Source: Cyanophora paradoxa CCMP329
Lineage: Eukaryota > Plantae > Glaucophyta
Direction of reading: 5' to 3'
Length of the DNA: 64,000 nucleotides
NCBI GenBank assembly: GCA_004431415.1
Contig: QPMI01000114.1
Coordinates: 1 to 64,000, forward strand
The notes under the pieces are model-generated. The model had not been told where the DNA came from. It saw nothing but the letters and a program-made list of their open reading frames with translations, and made no database searches. How positions within the stretch are numbered: position 1 is the stretch's first letter; every line of letters starts with the position of its first letter. Below are positions 45,931 through 57,612 of this stretch, one piece after another. A program made the translations under genes and the position numbers.

Positions 45931-48110
45931 AGAGAGAGAGAGCAAGTAAAAGACACGCCCACGCCAGCAAGACTGGGTATGACAGAACCGCAGAGGCCCC
46001 TAAAGGAGCTTGCAAGGCTCCGTCAGGGACCCACTAGCGTGGGTAGTGATGAGAGATGCTCTCGAGAACCTGCGAAAGACAAGCTGCACAAAGTCCCTAC
46101 CCGGGCCGTAGGGTCCCCATGCAAAGAAAAAGCCCTAACTTCCTGAACTGACCTGCTCCCTAACAGGCCAGACAGGGTGTTAGGGAAGACAGGAGAGAGG
46201 GAAACCGAAGACGATCATTCAAGATTAGAAGTACAGAAGAAAATTACACAATTGTGTCATTAGAACCAGAAGGAGTAGAGGGATCAGAGGGGCGAGAACG
46301 CTTAGCACTAGGGCTACGGCCAGTGCCATCGAGATGCTGACCTTCCTCAAATGAATCAGAAAACGATTTCTCAAGGGCCAGCTGCTTGCGAGCCTCATCA
46401 TAAAAAGCATCGAGGCGGGGGCGCACAGAGGCAGGCAAAAAGTAAAACATGGGATCCTGATGGAAGTGGTACAAGAAGGTGTGCTCATCGACATCAAGAA
46501 TGCTGTAATTTTTGTCAGGCTCCTGGCAAGGGATCTGGTAGCAAGGAGAGGTGGAGGCAAAAGAGTAAGAAGAAGGATCGAGAGCCTTGCCATTGTGAGC
46601 AAGAGAGGAATAATACTCAAGAGAAGAGTACTCAGGAAGAAGAGTCTGCACATAAAATTTGTGAATGTAGTTATCCGAGCCAAGAATCATGAGGGAACGC
46701 ATGGCGAGGGGCCGAGCGGGCCGAGGCTTGATGAAACTAGTACGACGCTCGAGGCTCTGGAAGAGCATAGAAGCCAAGGGCACTTTCAAAATGAGACTAA
46801 GATGAGCACGATCGGTATGAGCAGCAGGGAAATCGCCAAGCTCAGGGCGACAAAGAAGATCATAGCGGGAGCCAGAGCCAGTGAAAGTGGTCTTAGCGAC
46901 CATATCAAGTACAGGCTGAGTAAAAGCAGCTGCCAGAAAAACTGGAGAAGGAATGGACTTATCCAAGCCAGCGAGTTTGAAGGGATTGAAGGGGATGGTG
47001 TTCTCAGAATTCAGCTCTACACGCTCAACAGGAAGCGAAGACATAAAGACACAATCTGGCTTGGAAAGGTTAAGTGCCATCGTTTTGAGTTCAGCCAGGA
47101 AGGCTTGGGCGCCAAGGCGAATGAGGAAGCGGGGTGGCTTAGCACCAGAGGGGCCAGCAACATTGGAGGACTCAGGGGCAGTACGGAGAACAGATTGATA
47201 ATAAGAAAGCTCGATCGGGAAAAATTGGTCTACCACATCAGAGACACCAACAGTCTTAAGGCCATAAAAGACATCATATGCTTGAAGGAAATGGGGCTTG
47301 GTCTGCAAAGGAGTGAGGGTCGAGAGCATGGTACGAGCTGGGTGAGAAATTGGAGTACAGTTGAAAATCGAAGACAAGGTACGATGATGAGCTAAATAGG
47401 CGCCAAAGCCACCAACAACTGAGCGATAGTAAAACTGATAAGTGAAAGCATTAAAGGTAGCACCACTATAGGAATCCTGAGAAGTGGACTGCTTAACAAA
47501 GCCGTGCTTCGCGGAGGAGGACCATGGGTGCTGAGAGAACATGGAATTGATGGGAGCAAGGCGGTTCTGGAAGGCCGAGAGGCGGACAGATTCAGGGAGG
47601 TCACGGCCAAAGTCTGCAGGTTCATTCACGATGACACCTTCCTGGATACAGAAGCGCATGGCGACGGAGACATCATCGAAGGGCTTGCAAGAGCGAAGCG
47701 CATCGGCAAGGACAGTCTGAACATGCATGTACTTGGGCAGGCCGCCAATCTTGCGGGTGACGGGCCGCGTCATGAACGCGGCAAACTCGCGGACGCGAGG
47801 AAGGTGGTGGTAGTCAGGGACGCGGGAATTGCCCGAAAGCGATGGTGACTGAGCGTCAACAGCGAAGAAGTCGGCAACCTCCACAGAACCCTCAAGTGCA
47901 CGGGGAGCCGGCGGCGGTCCCTGCTGCTGGCGGCGCTGCCCCGGAGCACGGGGCGGATTGGCGGACATTCTAAAAGCTGCGTACAGTGGAGCAAAGGTCA
48001 GGATTGTCCGAGATGGAAAGATTTGAACGTTGGCTGGGCGAGCCACAAATCGGCGTCTAAGCGCGCAGCTGGCGGCCAGGATCTGCGTAAAGAGCGCACC
48101 CGTGCACACG
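45931..48110 (-). mobile_element. Longer, uninterrupted copy of the RT-less single-ORF retroelement (5' boundary uncertain)
   Basis: (TC)n tail at 45931-45942 on the minus strand and an intact ORF. No matching TSD found. Confidence 0.8.
46244..47968 (-). CDS. 574-aa intronless protein, putative LINE ORF1-like/RRM-like nucleic-acid chaperone
   Basis: Intact ORF from MSANPP. Two RNP2-like segments (RKIGGLPKYM, FKLAGLDKSI) and a C-terminal NLS-like PSAKRSRP. No RT, endonuclease or transposase motifs seen. Confidence 0.7.
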   Translation of the reverse strand: MSANPPRAPGQRRQQQGPPPAPRALEGSVEVADFFAVDAQSPSLSGNSRVPDYHHLPRVREFAAFMTRPVTRKIGGLPKYMHVQTVLADALRSCKPFDDVSVAMRFCIQEGVIVNEPADFGRDLPESVRLSAFQNRLAPINSMFSQHPWSSSAKHGFVKQSTSQDSYSGATFNAFTYQFYYRSVVGGFGAYLAHHRTLSSIFNCTPISHPARTMLSTLTPLQTKPHFLQAYDVFYGLKTVGVSDVVDQFFPIELSYYQSVLRTAPESSNVAGPSGAKPPRFLIRLGAQAFLAELKTMALNLSKPDCVFMSSLPVERVELNSENTIPFNPFKLAGLDKSIPSPVFLAAAFTQPVLDMVAKTTFTGSGSRYDLLCRPELGDFPAAHTDRAHLSLILKVPLASMLFQSLERRTSFIKPRPARPLAMRSLMILGSDNYIHKFYVQTLLPEYSSLEYYSSLAHNGKALDPSSYSFASTSPCYQIPCQEPDKNYSILDVDEHTFLYHFHQDPMFYFLPASVRPRLDAFYDEARKQLALEKSFSDSFEEGQHLDGTGRSPSAKRSRPSDPSTPSGSNDTIV

Positions 48111-49844
48111 GGGCGAGAGGTATGTGGGCCAGAGGCCAGAAATGGGGCCGACGGCCATCAAGGGTGCACTGGCAGCCTTCAAGTGCATATCGAATTGAGT
48201 ATATCAATGAGATGCCCAAATCTTCCATTGGCCTGCGATTCACAAGTTCCCCACTTACCGCACATGCTGGCACGACTGTTGGTAGCCCAGGCTGGACCAC
48301 CCATGGAGCATACTTCACTCAGTGAGTTTGACTGTTTGCACCGTAAACAATGCTGGCAGTTTGAGTCTGCCGTAGTACTAAAGCGCTTTTTCTTCCAAGG
48401 GGAACATGGGATAATCTACTACTGAGCATCGGAACTGTATGCATTTTAAGAGAGAGCTCGAGTTGATAACCATCAATATCAAACAGCAGATCGAGATATC
48501 GATCTAGAGAGATTAAAAGAACACAAGACTCTGAGACATAGAGAAATAAACGAAACACTAAATTCATAAAGCCTTGAAGAAATTGACAAAACACAAGGAG
48601 GTATGGGGAGGCGTCGCATCAGAGGAGGCCATCGGGAGAGAGAGAGAGAGAAATGCAGTAGACACATCCACGCCAGCAAGGGAGGCCATCGGGGCGGGGT
48701 GAGGGTCCTGCCCTGCAAAGCCATTGCGTTGGCCCAGTGGAGAAAAGAGGGGGGAAATGAGGCCGGCAGTGGAGGGAGGCTGGCGCCTCTTGCGGTGCAC
48801 ATGGGCGCTGCGGCAGAGGGAGAGAGGGAGCTCTGCAGCACTCGCAATCGACGGCCGAGAACAGCCGTCGGCCTGACCCCAAGGTTGCTGACGAGGCCGA
48901 GGACGGCCAGCTGTCTGGCCTCTCTGCCGGAGCAGGGGGCGGGCGGGTTGGTGCATGCACACGTGCTCGAAAAAAAATTTGCTCGGATAGGTACTAGGTC
49001 CGGCCAGGCAGGAAGCATGCGCACGTGCTCGAATCTGCACCTCAGAAGTGGGGCTTCCTCAGGAGGAGCGGCGAGGGGGGGTAGACCCGCCGCCTCCTCT
49101 GCCCCACCGCGAGGCGCAGGTCCTGCGACAAGGGCTACGGGGGAGCGGGCGGACCTGGGACGGCTGCAAACTTGAAAAGAGGCCGCACGCGCCCGTTGCC
49201 GCCGCCGGCACGTTCACGCCACCGGACACTGCACCGTGCGGCGGTAGCTTGCCGATCGGCATCCATTGGCTCCAAATCAACCAGCGACCAGCCCTCATCT
49301 CGGGCGGGGCGGGGGCAGAGGAGCAGCGGGGGTGCGCTGACAGCCAGTCATGGCGCGGGGCCACTAGAAGCACGCGCCGCGTCTTGAGGGCGAGCCCCAG
49401 AGCGTACGCCATGCGCCCGCCGCCGGCCCGGGGTCACGGCCGCGGGGCGTGCGCATGCGGGATTCGGAGCGCGCGCCTGCGGCGCCGGAGCGAAACGAGA
49501 GCAACTGCGACACGCGGGGGCTGCAATCCTCGCGGGCTCGGTCGGTGCTGAGCACATTCGACGCAGCGAGCGCAATCGCACCCAAATGGAAGGAGCGTAG
49601 AGCCAGAATGATGAGCGGCGCGGCCAGCAGCAGGCTGCCAGCAGCTTCGTGGGGGGTAGTCGTAGTCCTAATTTAGGGGGTAAGCAAACACAAGGGACTG
49701 CCTCTGTGGATCCGGAGGTGTGCACCGAGCAACATGAACACGGAAGTTTTCACCAAGCAACATGCACGCCAGTTCTTGCTGAACCGTGACCGAGTCCCGA
49801 AGTCCCGAAGTTCGAAACGACCTCGCTGAGCCCGGCGGCCTGCC

Positions 49845-50850
49845 ATGGAATCCAGGTGCGCGAAAGCGCGCCCGCCCGCGCATACGAGTTCTCAGAGGCT
49901 CAGCCGCAGGCGGGCGGCAAGCTACATCAAAGAGACCGCACGCCTCGCACGCTTGGCCCTCGGCCCGACGGGCGCGCCCTTCGAAGTCCCCCGACACGCC
50001 TTCGCCGCGGCTGCGCGTGGGCTTGCTCGGGAGGACGCTGGAGTCGCGGCCTGGGACGCTCCGGTGCGCGTGCCCGCCCCGGCCCGCGCCGCGCTCGGGG
50101 GGCCCGACCGGGCGCGCGGCGCCGGCCCTCGCGCAGGCGCCCTGGGACGGGGCTACCCCGCGCCTGGGCCCCTCTATGACGCCGAGCTCCAGCCGCCGGC
50201 GCCGCGGGCCGGGCCGGGCCCCTCTCCCGGCCGCCTCGGGGCCGGGGCTGCGCCCGCGTGGGCCGAGGGGCCGCCGGCCGCTGGGAGGGGCACGCGGGCC
50301 CGGCCGCCCCGCTCCTCGCCGCGCACGTGCGCCCCCTCCGCCCCCGGGGCCGCGCCTGGAAGCCGTTCGACGTTTACAGCTCTGAACATGTCAACTCTAA
50401 ATTCGTTAGTTCTTGATACGCACTGTTTCGTAACTCTGGACCTGTTAACTCTAGATTCGTTAGTTCTCGAAATGCGCCCCGTAAAGCCTCGAAGTCGACG
50501 AAGGCTTTCAGTTTCATCGAACGAGCCCGCCCTCGCCCCGCGCCGCGCTCGGCCCTCGGCGCGCGGCTGTGCGCCTCCCCCGCCCTCGGCCCGCTCACGC
50601 CCCGCCCCCCGCCCGCAGGGGCCGGCCCGGCCGCCGCCCACGCGCGAGGCCATCGCGGACCTCTTCCACCTCCCCGTCCCGTGCCCGCCCCGCCCCGCCC
50701 CGCCCGCCCGCGCGGCGCGGGCCGACGGCCGCGCAGGAGGCGGTGCGGGCGCTGGGCCTCGGGGCGACGACCTTCAAGCGGCTCTGCCGCGAGGCCGGCA
50801 TCGGCCGCTGGCCCCACTGCAAGCTCGACGCCCTCGCCCGCTGGGGCGCC
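49845..50850 (+). pseudogene. RWP-RK transcription factor gene, copy 2, probably decayed
   Basis: PTREAIADLFHLP(V), then a CCCCG-rich intron ending gcgcag at 50736, then EAVRALGLGATTFKRLCREAGIGRWPHCKL. The motif Arg is changed to Cys and a small insertion lies upstream. Confidence 0.75.
50364..50523. mobile_element. 160-bp MITE-like insertion
   Basis: AT-rich island in GC-rich sequence, with TIR cgttcga / tcgaacg, 3-bp TSD agc and internal periodic aactct/agttct motifs. Confidence 0.6.
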
Positions 50851-53800
50851 CGCGCCGACGTGCCCCGCCCGCCCCCAGCCCCCGCCACCCCGCCGCGTGC
50901 TCGACGCGAGGCGGCAGGCGGCGCTGGCGCTGGGGCCGGGGGGTCGCCCCGGGGCTCGACCGCGCGGCCCTCGCGGCGGCGCGGCGCGCGCTGCTCGCCG
51001 CCGCCGCCCGCGTCCGCGCCGACCCCGACGCCTCCGGTGCGCCCCCGCGGCCCCCCGCCCGCGCTCACTTCACGCCGACGCGCCCGCCCCGCCCGACCCG
51101 CCGCAGTGACCGAGCCGGTGTTGCTCGTGCGGAAGATCCTCGGGCCCCACGGGCTGTAGCTGGCGCCGGGGCCCGCCCCCCGGGGCCTGGGCTCCCTCCG
51201 CCCCCGCCGACGCCGTCGACGCAGAATTTCAGATTCTGAAAAATGATCATGAATAGGAAGTACTAGTCAACATGTACAATGCGTACTAAGGACGAAACGG
51301 AAAGGCAAAACTACGGGACGGGCACACTGTGACACACGTGTTACGGAAAGGAAGCAAAACTACACGAACGACCGCGGGGGAAGAACGATCAAGCCTGGAG
51401 AGACGGGCACACTAGTACTGTGACAACATGTTGATCATAGGCGGTAACGGGCGGGACAGCTGCGCTGCAGCTGCGGCAGGCGACGAACAGAAGGCCGCTG
51501 CAGCGCCCGGCCGCGTGTGCGACCGGGACGAGCTGACACGCAGTGGAGACGGGCCCCCGCAGACGGGTGCAGCGCGCCTGCGCAGAGGGCTCGCAGAGGG
51601 CCCGACGGTGCGTGCGCATGCGCTGCGGGCCGCCGCGCGCCACGCTGCGCCCCCGCCGCGCGCCGCGCCGCGCCCCCCGAGGCGCACGCGACGCACGGGC
51701 CGCGCCTCGCGGGCGACGGCAGCGGCGCTCGCGATCGAGGGGCGGGCTCTGCCGGAGGCGGCGCCGCTGCGTCACCCGAGGCGGGTCGGCCGAGGTGCGC
51801 CCCCGCCGGCGTGCGGGGGGCCGCCGGGCGCGCCCCACAGGCCGCCGAGCTCGCCCCAGAAGGGGTCCTCGTCGGCCGGCCAGCCGGGGCCGGCCCCTCG
51901 GCGGCCTGCGCCTCGGGCAGCAGCGCGAAGTGGAGGAAAGGCGGGGCGGCCTCGGGGCGGCCGGCCGCGCGGGGGCCGCGCCCGCCGCCGCCAGCGCCGT
52001 CGCGCCGGGCCGGGGCCGGGCCCGGGGCGGGCCTCGAGGAGGAGGAGGCGGTCGAGAGCGGCGGTGGCGCAGCGGCGCCCGCCCGTCAGCGCCGCCTCCG
52101 CGCTGCCGCCCGTCGGGGTCCGGGGGCGGCGGGGCGGCGGGCGGGCCGCAGCGCACTGCCGGGGCCCGGGGGCGGCGGATGCGATCGTCGTCCGGGCGCC
52201 CGGAGCGGCCGCCCCGCCTGGGCCGTCCACCAGCTCCGCCTGCGCCCGCGGCTCAGAGGTGCAGCGGCGGCGGGGCGGGCGGGGCGGGGGTCGCGGGGCG
52301 AGCCTGGGCCCAGTGGGGCCCGAGGGCGGCCCACGCCCCGGGCGGCGTCTCCGCCCGGAGGTCCGGGAGGACCCAGAGGGGGCAGCAGAGGGGGAAGGGG
52401 AGGGTGGGCGGGGAGGGCGGCTCCCCCCAGGGGCCCCCTCGAGGGCGGCGGGCAGCGGGGCGGCGGGGGCGGCGGGGGCGGCGGCGGGGCGCGGGCCGGC
52501 CGCCCACGCGACCGTTCCGCCCTCCGGATCCCTGCGAGCAGCGTCCGGCGGTCGACGTCAGCGCCGCCCGCAGTGGTCAGCGCCGCTTGGGCCGGCCGTC
52601 CGCTATGATTCAAAGCGTGCAACCTGCGGAGCGCAGCAGGGGGGCCTCCTCCCCCTCCTCGAGCTCGTCCTCCTCGTTGAGAACGGTGAGCAGCCAGGAG
52701 CGCCGCTGCTGCGCGCGGGGGCCGGACTGCGAGCCCGAGGGGCCGGCAGGCGCCGTCTCCACGAGCCGATCCGCGGGAGGCGTGCCGTCGGTGGCGGGGT
52801 GGGCGAGCCCCGCAGCCTCGCGCTCGGCCTTGGAGGCGTCGAGCTGCGACTGCGCCCCCAGCCACTTCGAGTCGACCTCGCGCGCCTCCCACTGCGATGG
52901 CCTCTGAGCTGGACGCGAGTTCGCATGATTGAGCGTGAAGGCGGACCTGGCGGCAGGCGCGCCGCTTGGGCCGGCCGGCGTCGTGGCGGGCGGCGCTGAG
53001 GATGCCCGGCACGGCGAACGTCCAGTCCCCCGCGGCCCGCCCCTCGAACCTGCGCCCGCCCGTGAGGGCCGCCCCCCGGCCCCGGGCGGCGGCGGAAGCG
53101 GGGCGCGCGGGGCCGGAGGACGAGGGAGAGGCGGCCGGTGCGGCTCGAGAGGGGCGTGATGCGCGCCGCGATCTCGCCCGACGTCCAGCTGGCCCCGGGC
53201 CGCCCCGCCACCTCGACCCTCTGCGCCCCGCGCGCTCGGCCCGGCCCGCCGCGCCCGCCCAGAGCGGCGCTCGGGCGCGCACGACGGCCGCCCCCGAGAA
53301 GTCGTTCGCGGCGAGCCAGCGCTGGCCATGGGAGGGCGCGGCGGCGACGTCCCGGCCGCGCGTCCTCAGCAGGCAGGACGGGATGAGCGCGCCCGTCTCG
53401 TCTGCCGGGCGCGTCGGGGGCGGCGGGCGGCGGGCGCGGGCGCAGGGGAGCCGGCGGGCCGTGCAGGGCCGCCTCGAGGGCGCTGGGCCGCGGCGACGGC
53501 GTCGAGCGCGGCACGCGCGGCGCGTCGACGTCCACGCGGAAGGGCACGATCTTGGACTGCGCGGGGCGCGCTCGGCGGGGGCGACGCGGCCCGGGCCGGC
53601 GCGCCGACCTGGTTGCCCCCGATGAAGAAGGGCTCTGCCACAGCGCAGGACTCGTCAGCTCGGAGGCGCGTGGCAGCGACCGCGGGGCAGTGCCGACCTC
53701 CGGTCTGCCCGTGGATGTGCTCCGTGAGGAGCGTGGCCCGCAGGCGGGTGCCACAGCTCAGGATGCGCTCCCGCACGACCGCGTACATGTGCGCATGCGA

Positions 53801-54680
53801 TAGCGCGGAAGCGTGCGTCAAGCGCTGATCGATGATCTCTGGCGTCGTGGAGCATGGACGTCGGACCATAGCTAGATCAAGCTGGCTAGGACGGCGGTCC
53901 TAATACAGCCAGCTTCGGCGGGTTAGGACCGTGACCAAGACTGTGACGAGCCGTTTAATCCGTGTAGCCGTCTAGCTGGTACCGGTGTCAGTGTACCGAC
54001 GACGACGCCTCGACGAGTCGCCGACGACGACGCGGCCCACGCGCTTTGACGTCTCGGTGACGACGTCAAAAACGGCCGCCGCCGCGCGCCGCCCCGCCCC
54101 GCGGCCGCGCGCCGCCCCGCCCCGCGGCCGCGCGCCGCCCCGCCGCGGCCGCGCGCCGCCCGATTCGACGCTGCACGCGCGCCGCCAGCCAGCCGTTTCC
54201 TGACCTCGGCCGCCGGCCGCTGTCTTAAGCTTCGGAGATCGACTTAAGCTTCTAAGCTGTCTCCGGCCGCGGCGCGGAACGGAGTCGACTTAAGCTTGTC
54301 GGAGATCGACTTAAGACTTTCTCTAGGGCGCCTCGCCGGCCTGCGCCCTCCGCTCCGCCTCGCCGAGTCAGTCGCGTGCCAGCTGCAGGCCCCGCCGCGG
54401 CGCGGCCTCTCGCGCGCGCCCCTCGCCTCGCTGGAGAGGGCGCCGCGCGCCGCGGCGCGGCAGCGCTTTACGAGGCGAAGAACTCCCGGGGCCCGCGAGA
54501 ACGTCCCGGAGGAGCCCGGCCGAGAGCACATCTCAAGCTTCGCCACCGACCACCGCGCCTCTCTCTTTGGCGCGCGCCCGCACCCCCCGCCCCGCCCCGC
54601 GCGCCCCGCCCGCCTCGTGGCTGACCCCGGGCCCGTGCGTGCGTACGCGTGCGTCGTGCGCAGGCGTCCGGCTGGAGACC
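50700..54680 (+). repeat. Segmental duplication block A, copy 2
   Basis: Collinear with 4306-8140, with indels. Confidence 0.92.
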
Positions 54681-55499
54681 CTCCGCCATCGACTGCTGCG
54701 CGCGCCGGAGACCCTCCGCCCACGCACCGCCCCGCCCGTCTCGAGCTCGTGGCTGACACCCCGCCCCCGCCCCCGCCCCGTGGCTGACCTCGCCTGCAGC
54801 TGCAGCCGGCGGCCGGCCCCGCAGGCTCCCCCGCCCGCGGCGCTCGTCGAGCCTCGAGCACACCGCCCTCGAGCGCGGCGCGGTGGTGGGGCGCGCCCGC
54901 CTCGCCGGCTCCGCGTCCCCGCCGGCGCGTTCTCCCTCCTTTGCCTCTGAATTCCCTCCCGCCCCGCCCCGGCTTCGTTCGCGCCCGACGCCGGCGTGCC
55001 TCGCGCCGCACGCGCCCCCGCCAGCCGCCCGCGCCCCCCGGGCCCGAGCTCGCGGGCTTCTCGGCCTTTCTTCTCGAGAGGTTGCCCCTCCAAGCCGCCG
55101 AGCCTCGGAGCTCCCGATCCCACTCCCGCACCCCCTCCCTCCCTCCATTCCCCGACGACATCGCCCCTCCTCTGTGCACTAGCTTCAACCTCCAGCCTGC
55201 TGCGCTCCAACCCCCGCAGCTCAGCGGCCCCGCGACCCTCACACCGCCGAGCGGGTGGCGGCCCGGGCGGGCTCGCGCTCGACCGGCGGGCCCTCCTGCA
55301 ACCCCCCGCGGGCCGGCGCCCCCGCCCCCCGGCTCGCTCCCCCGCCCCGGACGGCCGCATGCGCGGGGAGGCGGCACGGCCCGGGACGTTCCGGCCAGCC
55401 CCGCCACCCGACGCCGCCGGCGCCCCCTCGCTGGCCCCCCTCGACCCGGCGCCGGCCCTCTCCTCTCCCCTCAGCCTCCGCCCCCCTTCCGTCCTCCCG

Positions 55500-57612
55500 G
55501 CAAGCCCGACCCCCGGGCGGACGCGGTGGCGGCGATCGTGTACGCCGTCCTGAAGGAGGAGCTGCAGGACCGGGCGGGGCACGGGCCCGGGCAGTAGCGG
55601 CCCCGCCTCGGCATCCTCCTCGTCGAGCCCTGCGCCCCGCCCCCGGAGCTTCCTCCCCCGCCCCCGCCAGCTCAGCCGCCGGCCCCGCCCGACGCCTCTG
55701 CTCCCGCCCCCGCCGCGCCTTTGGACCCCACGCCCCCGCCCCCGCCCCGCCCGCCCGCCCCGCCTCCCCCGACGGGGCCCGGGGCCCGCGCCGCCTGGAG
55801 CGAGCCTTCTCCCACGCCCGCTCTTTCCCCGACGAGCCCGCCCTCTTCTGGGGTGCGCCCCCCTTCCGTCCTCCCGGACTTGGTGCGCCCCAGGGATCCC
55901 CCCGAGCACAGTGTCCCGCGCGGAAGGGCGCGGGCGGCGCCCACCAGCGCGCCCCCAGAGGCCCGCCCGCCCTCGCTGCCTCTCCCTTCGGCCCTCCTTC
56001 GCCCCCCCCCCCCCCCTTCCCCGAGTCTGCTGCGCTCCTGTACCCCCCCTCCCTCTCCCCTTCCCCTTCTCCCTGGTCTGATCGCCGGCAGGCACGAGCT
56101 GAACGTGTGGCGGCTCATGCGGGGGGGTCTCAAGCTGAGCATGCACTCCCTCGAGAACGTCGCCTGGCACCCCCTCAAGGTACCCCGTTCCGCGTCAAGC
56201 CGCTGCAGGAGAAGACGCCTCCATGGGCGCGGCGGCGCACGGCGCGACGCCCTCCCGACCGGCGGCCCCGTCGCCGATCTCTCCCCCGCCTCCTCCTTCC
56301 CCCCCCTCCTTCCTTCCCCCCCGCCCTCGTTCCACTCCCTGACCTCCTCCCCTCCCCCTCCCCTCTCACCGGGCCGCGGCAGGGGGCCGCCCCGAGGACG
56401 ACCCCTCGCGCCCCATCGCCTCCTTCGGTGCGTCCCGCCCCTCTCTCGCCGCGCCGCACGCCTCACCGCGGCGGCCGCGGTGCCCGCCCGCGGAGGAGGC
56501 CGGCGGCGGCGGCGACGTCCCTCGGCGAGGCGCCCCCGCCCAGGCGCCCGCCCCGCCCGCCCCGCGCCCCACGCTTGCGCCCTCCTCTGAGCCTGTGGCA
56601 GGAGGCGGGTGTGCCGCCTACGGGGCGGGGGGCGCGGGGGTGGCCGGAGCGCGGGCCGAGGGGCTCCCCCGCGCAAGGGGGTGGCCGGAGCGCGGGGCCG
56701 AGGGGGCGCGGGGGTGGCCGGAGCGCGGGGCCGGGCGCGCCTCCCGGCGCAGCGCCGCCAAGGCCCGCGCATCGTTGTGTTGGGCATTCTGTGAGGGGCC
56801 GCGCGGCGAGGGGTCCCCGGCCCCCCGCGCCATCCGCGCGCGCCCCAAGAGGCCGCCTCTCTCGATTCCCGCCCCTTCCCTTCCCCCTCCACTTCTTATC
56901 GTCTTTGTCCCTCCTCCCTCTCTCCGCCCCGCCCCGCCCCGCCCCGCCCCGCCCGTTTCGCCACGGCTGAACCTTCACTCGCTTCGCAGCTCTCGCTGCT
57001 GACGGGGCCCCGCGCCGGCCGCCGCAGCGCGCGCCTCTCGCTCCCATCGAAGCGCGCCGCGGCGGTGGCCTCGGCCGCCTCGAAGCGCGCCGAGACCGCC
57101 CCGGCGGTTCCGGGGGTGGCAGAGGCGGCGGCGGGGTCTGCAGCAGGGTGGCAGGGAGAGAGGTGCGCGCGAGCCGCCCCCTCTCCCCCGCGACGCCCGC
57201 CCTGAGCTGACTGCTGGGGCGCAGGGGCACGCCGCCGAAGCGGAGCGCCGACCCCGGGGCGCCGGAGGGGGAGCGGCCGCCCTCGCCCAAGCACTGCGAG
57301 GCCTAGGGGTACCTCTTCGCAGGGGGCGGCGGCGGGGGCGCACCGGCCTCCCGCCCCGCCGCCGAGTCGCCGGCGCGCGCCGCCGCCGCCGCCGCCGCCG
57401 CTTCGGCCGGCGGCTCGGTCGGAGGGGTCCTCGGGGGGTACGGGGCCGTCGGAGGGCGGGGCGGGGGCCCCGCCCGAGCCGCCGAGGCCGCACCACGTGG
57501 GCCAGCAGCTCGCCCCCCTGAGGCGAGGCTCCTTTCCCTTCCGCTTCGCCCCTTCTTTCTTTGTCTTGCCTGGCCTCTCCGGCAGCATCGAGCGCGAGGT
57601 GCACGCCAACAT
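55500..57612 (+). pseudogene. REV3: REV3 fragment copy 2, with rearranged block order
   Basis: PDPRADAVAAIVYAVLKEE (55505), RSFPDEPALF and GRHELNVWRLMRG...LENVAWH (56090-56170). The more N-terminal motif HHVGQQLAPLS|IEREVHAN lies downstream at 57490-57610. Confidence 0.72.

Noticed and set aside
46040-46085. Hammerhead ribozyme in the 3' UTR of the ORF-only element
   Set aside because: gtgatga...gagaa only approximates the CUGANGA/GAAA core and lies antisense to the ORF.
46460-47395. 311-aa plus-strand ORF (and mirror 44652-45299)
   Set aside because: Antisense shadow of the 574-aa ORF, explained by its codon bias.
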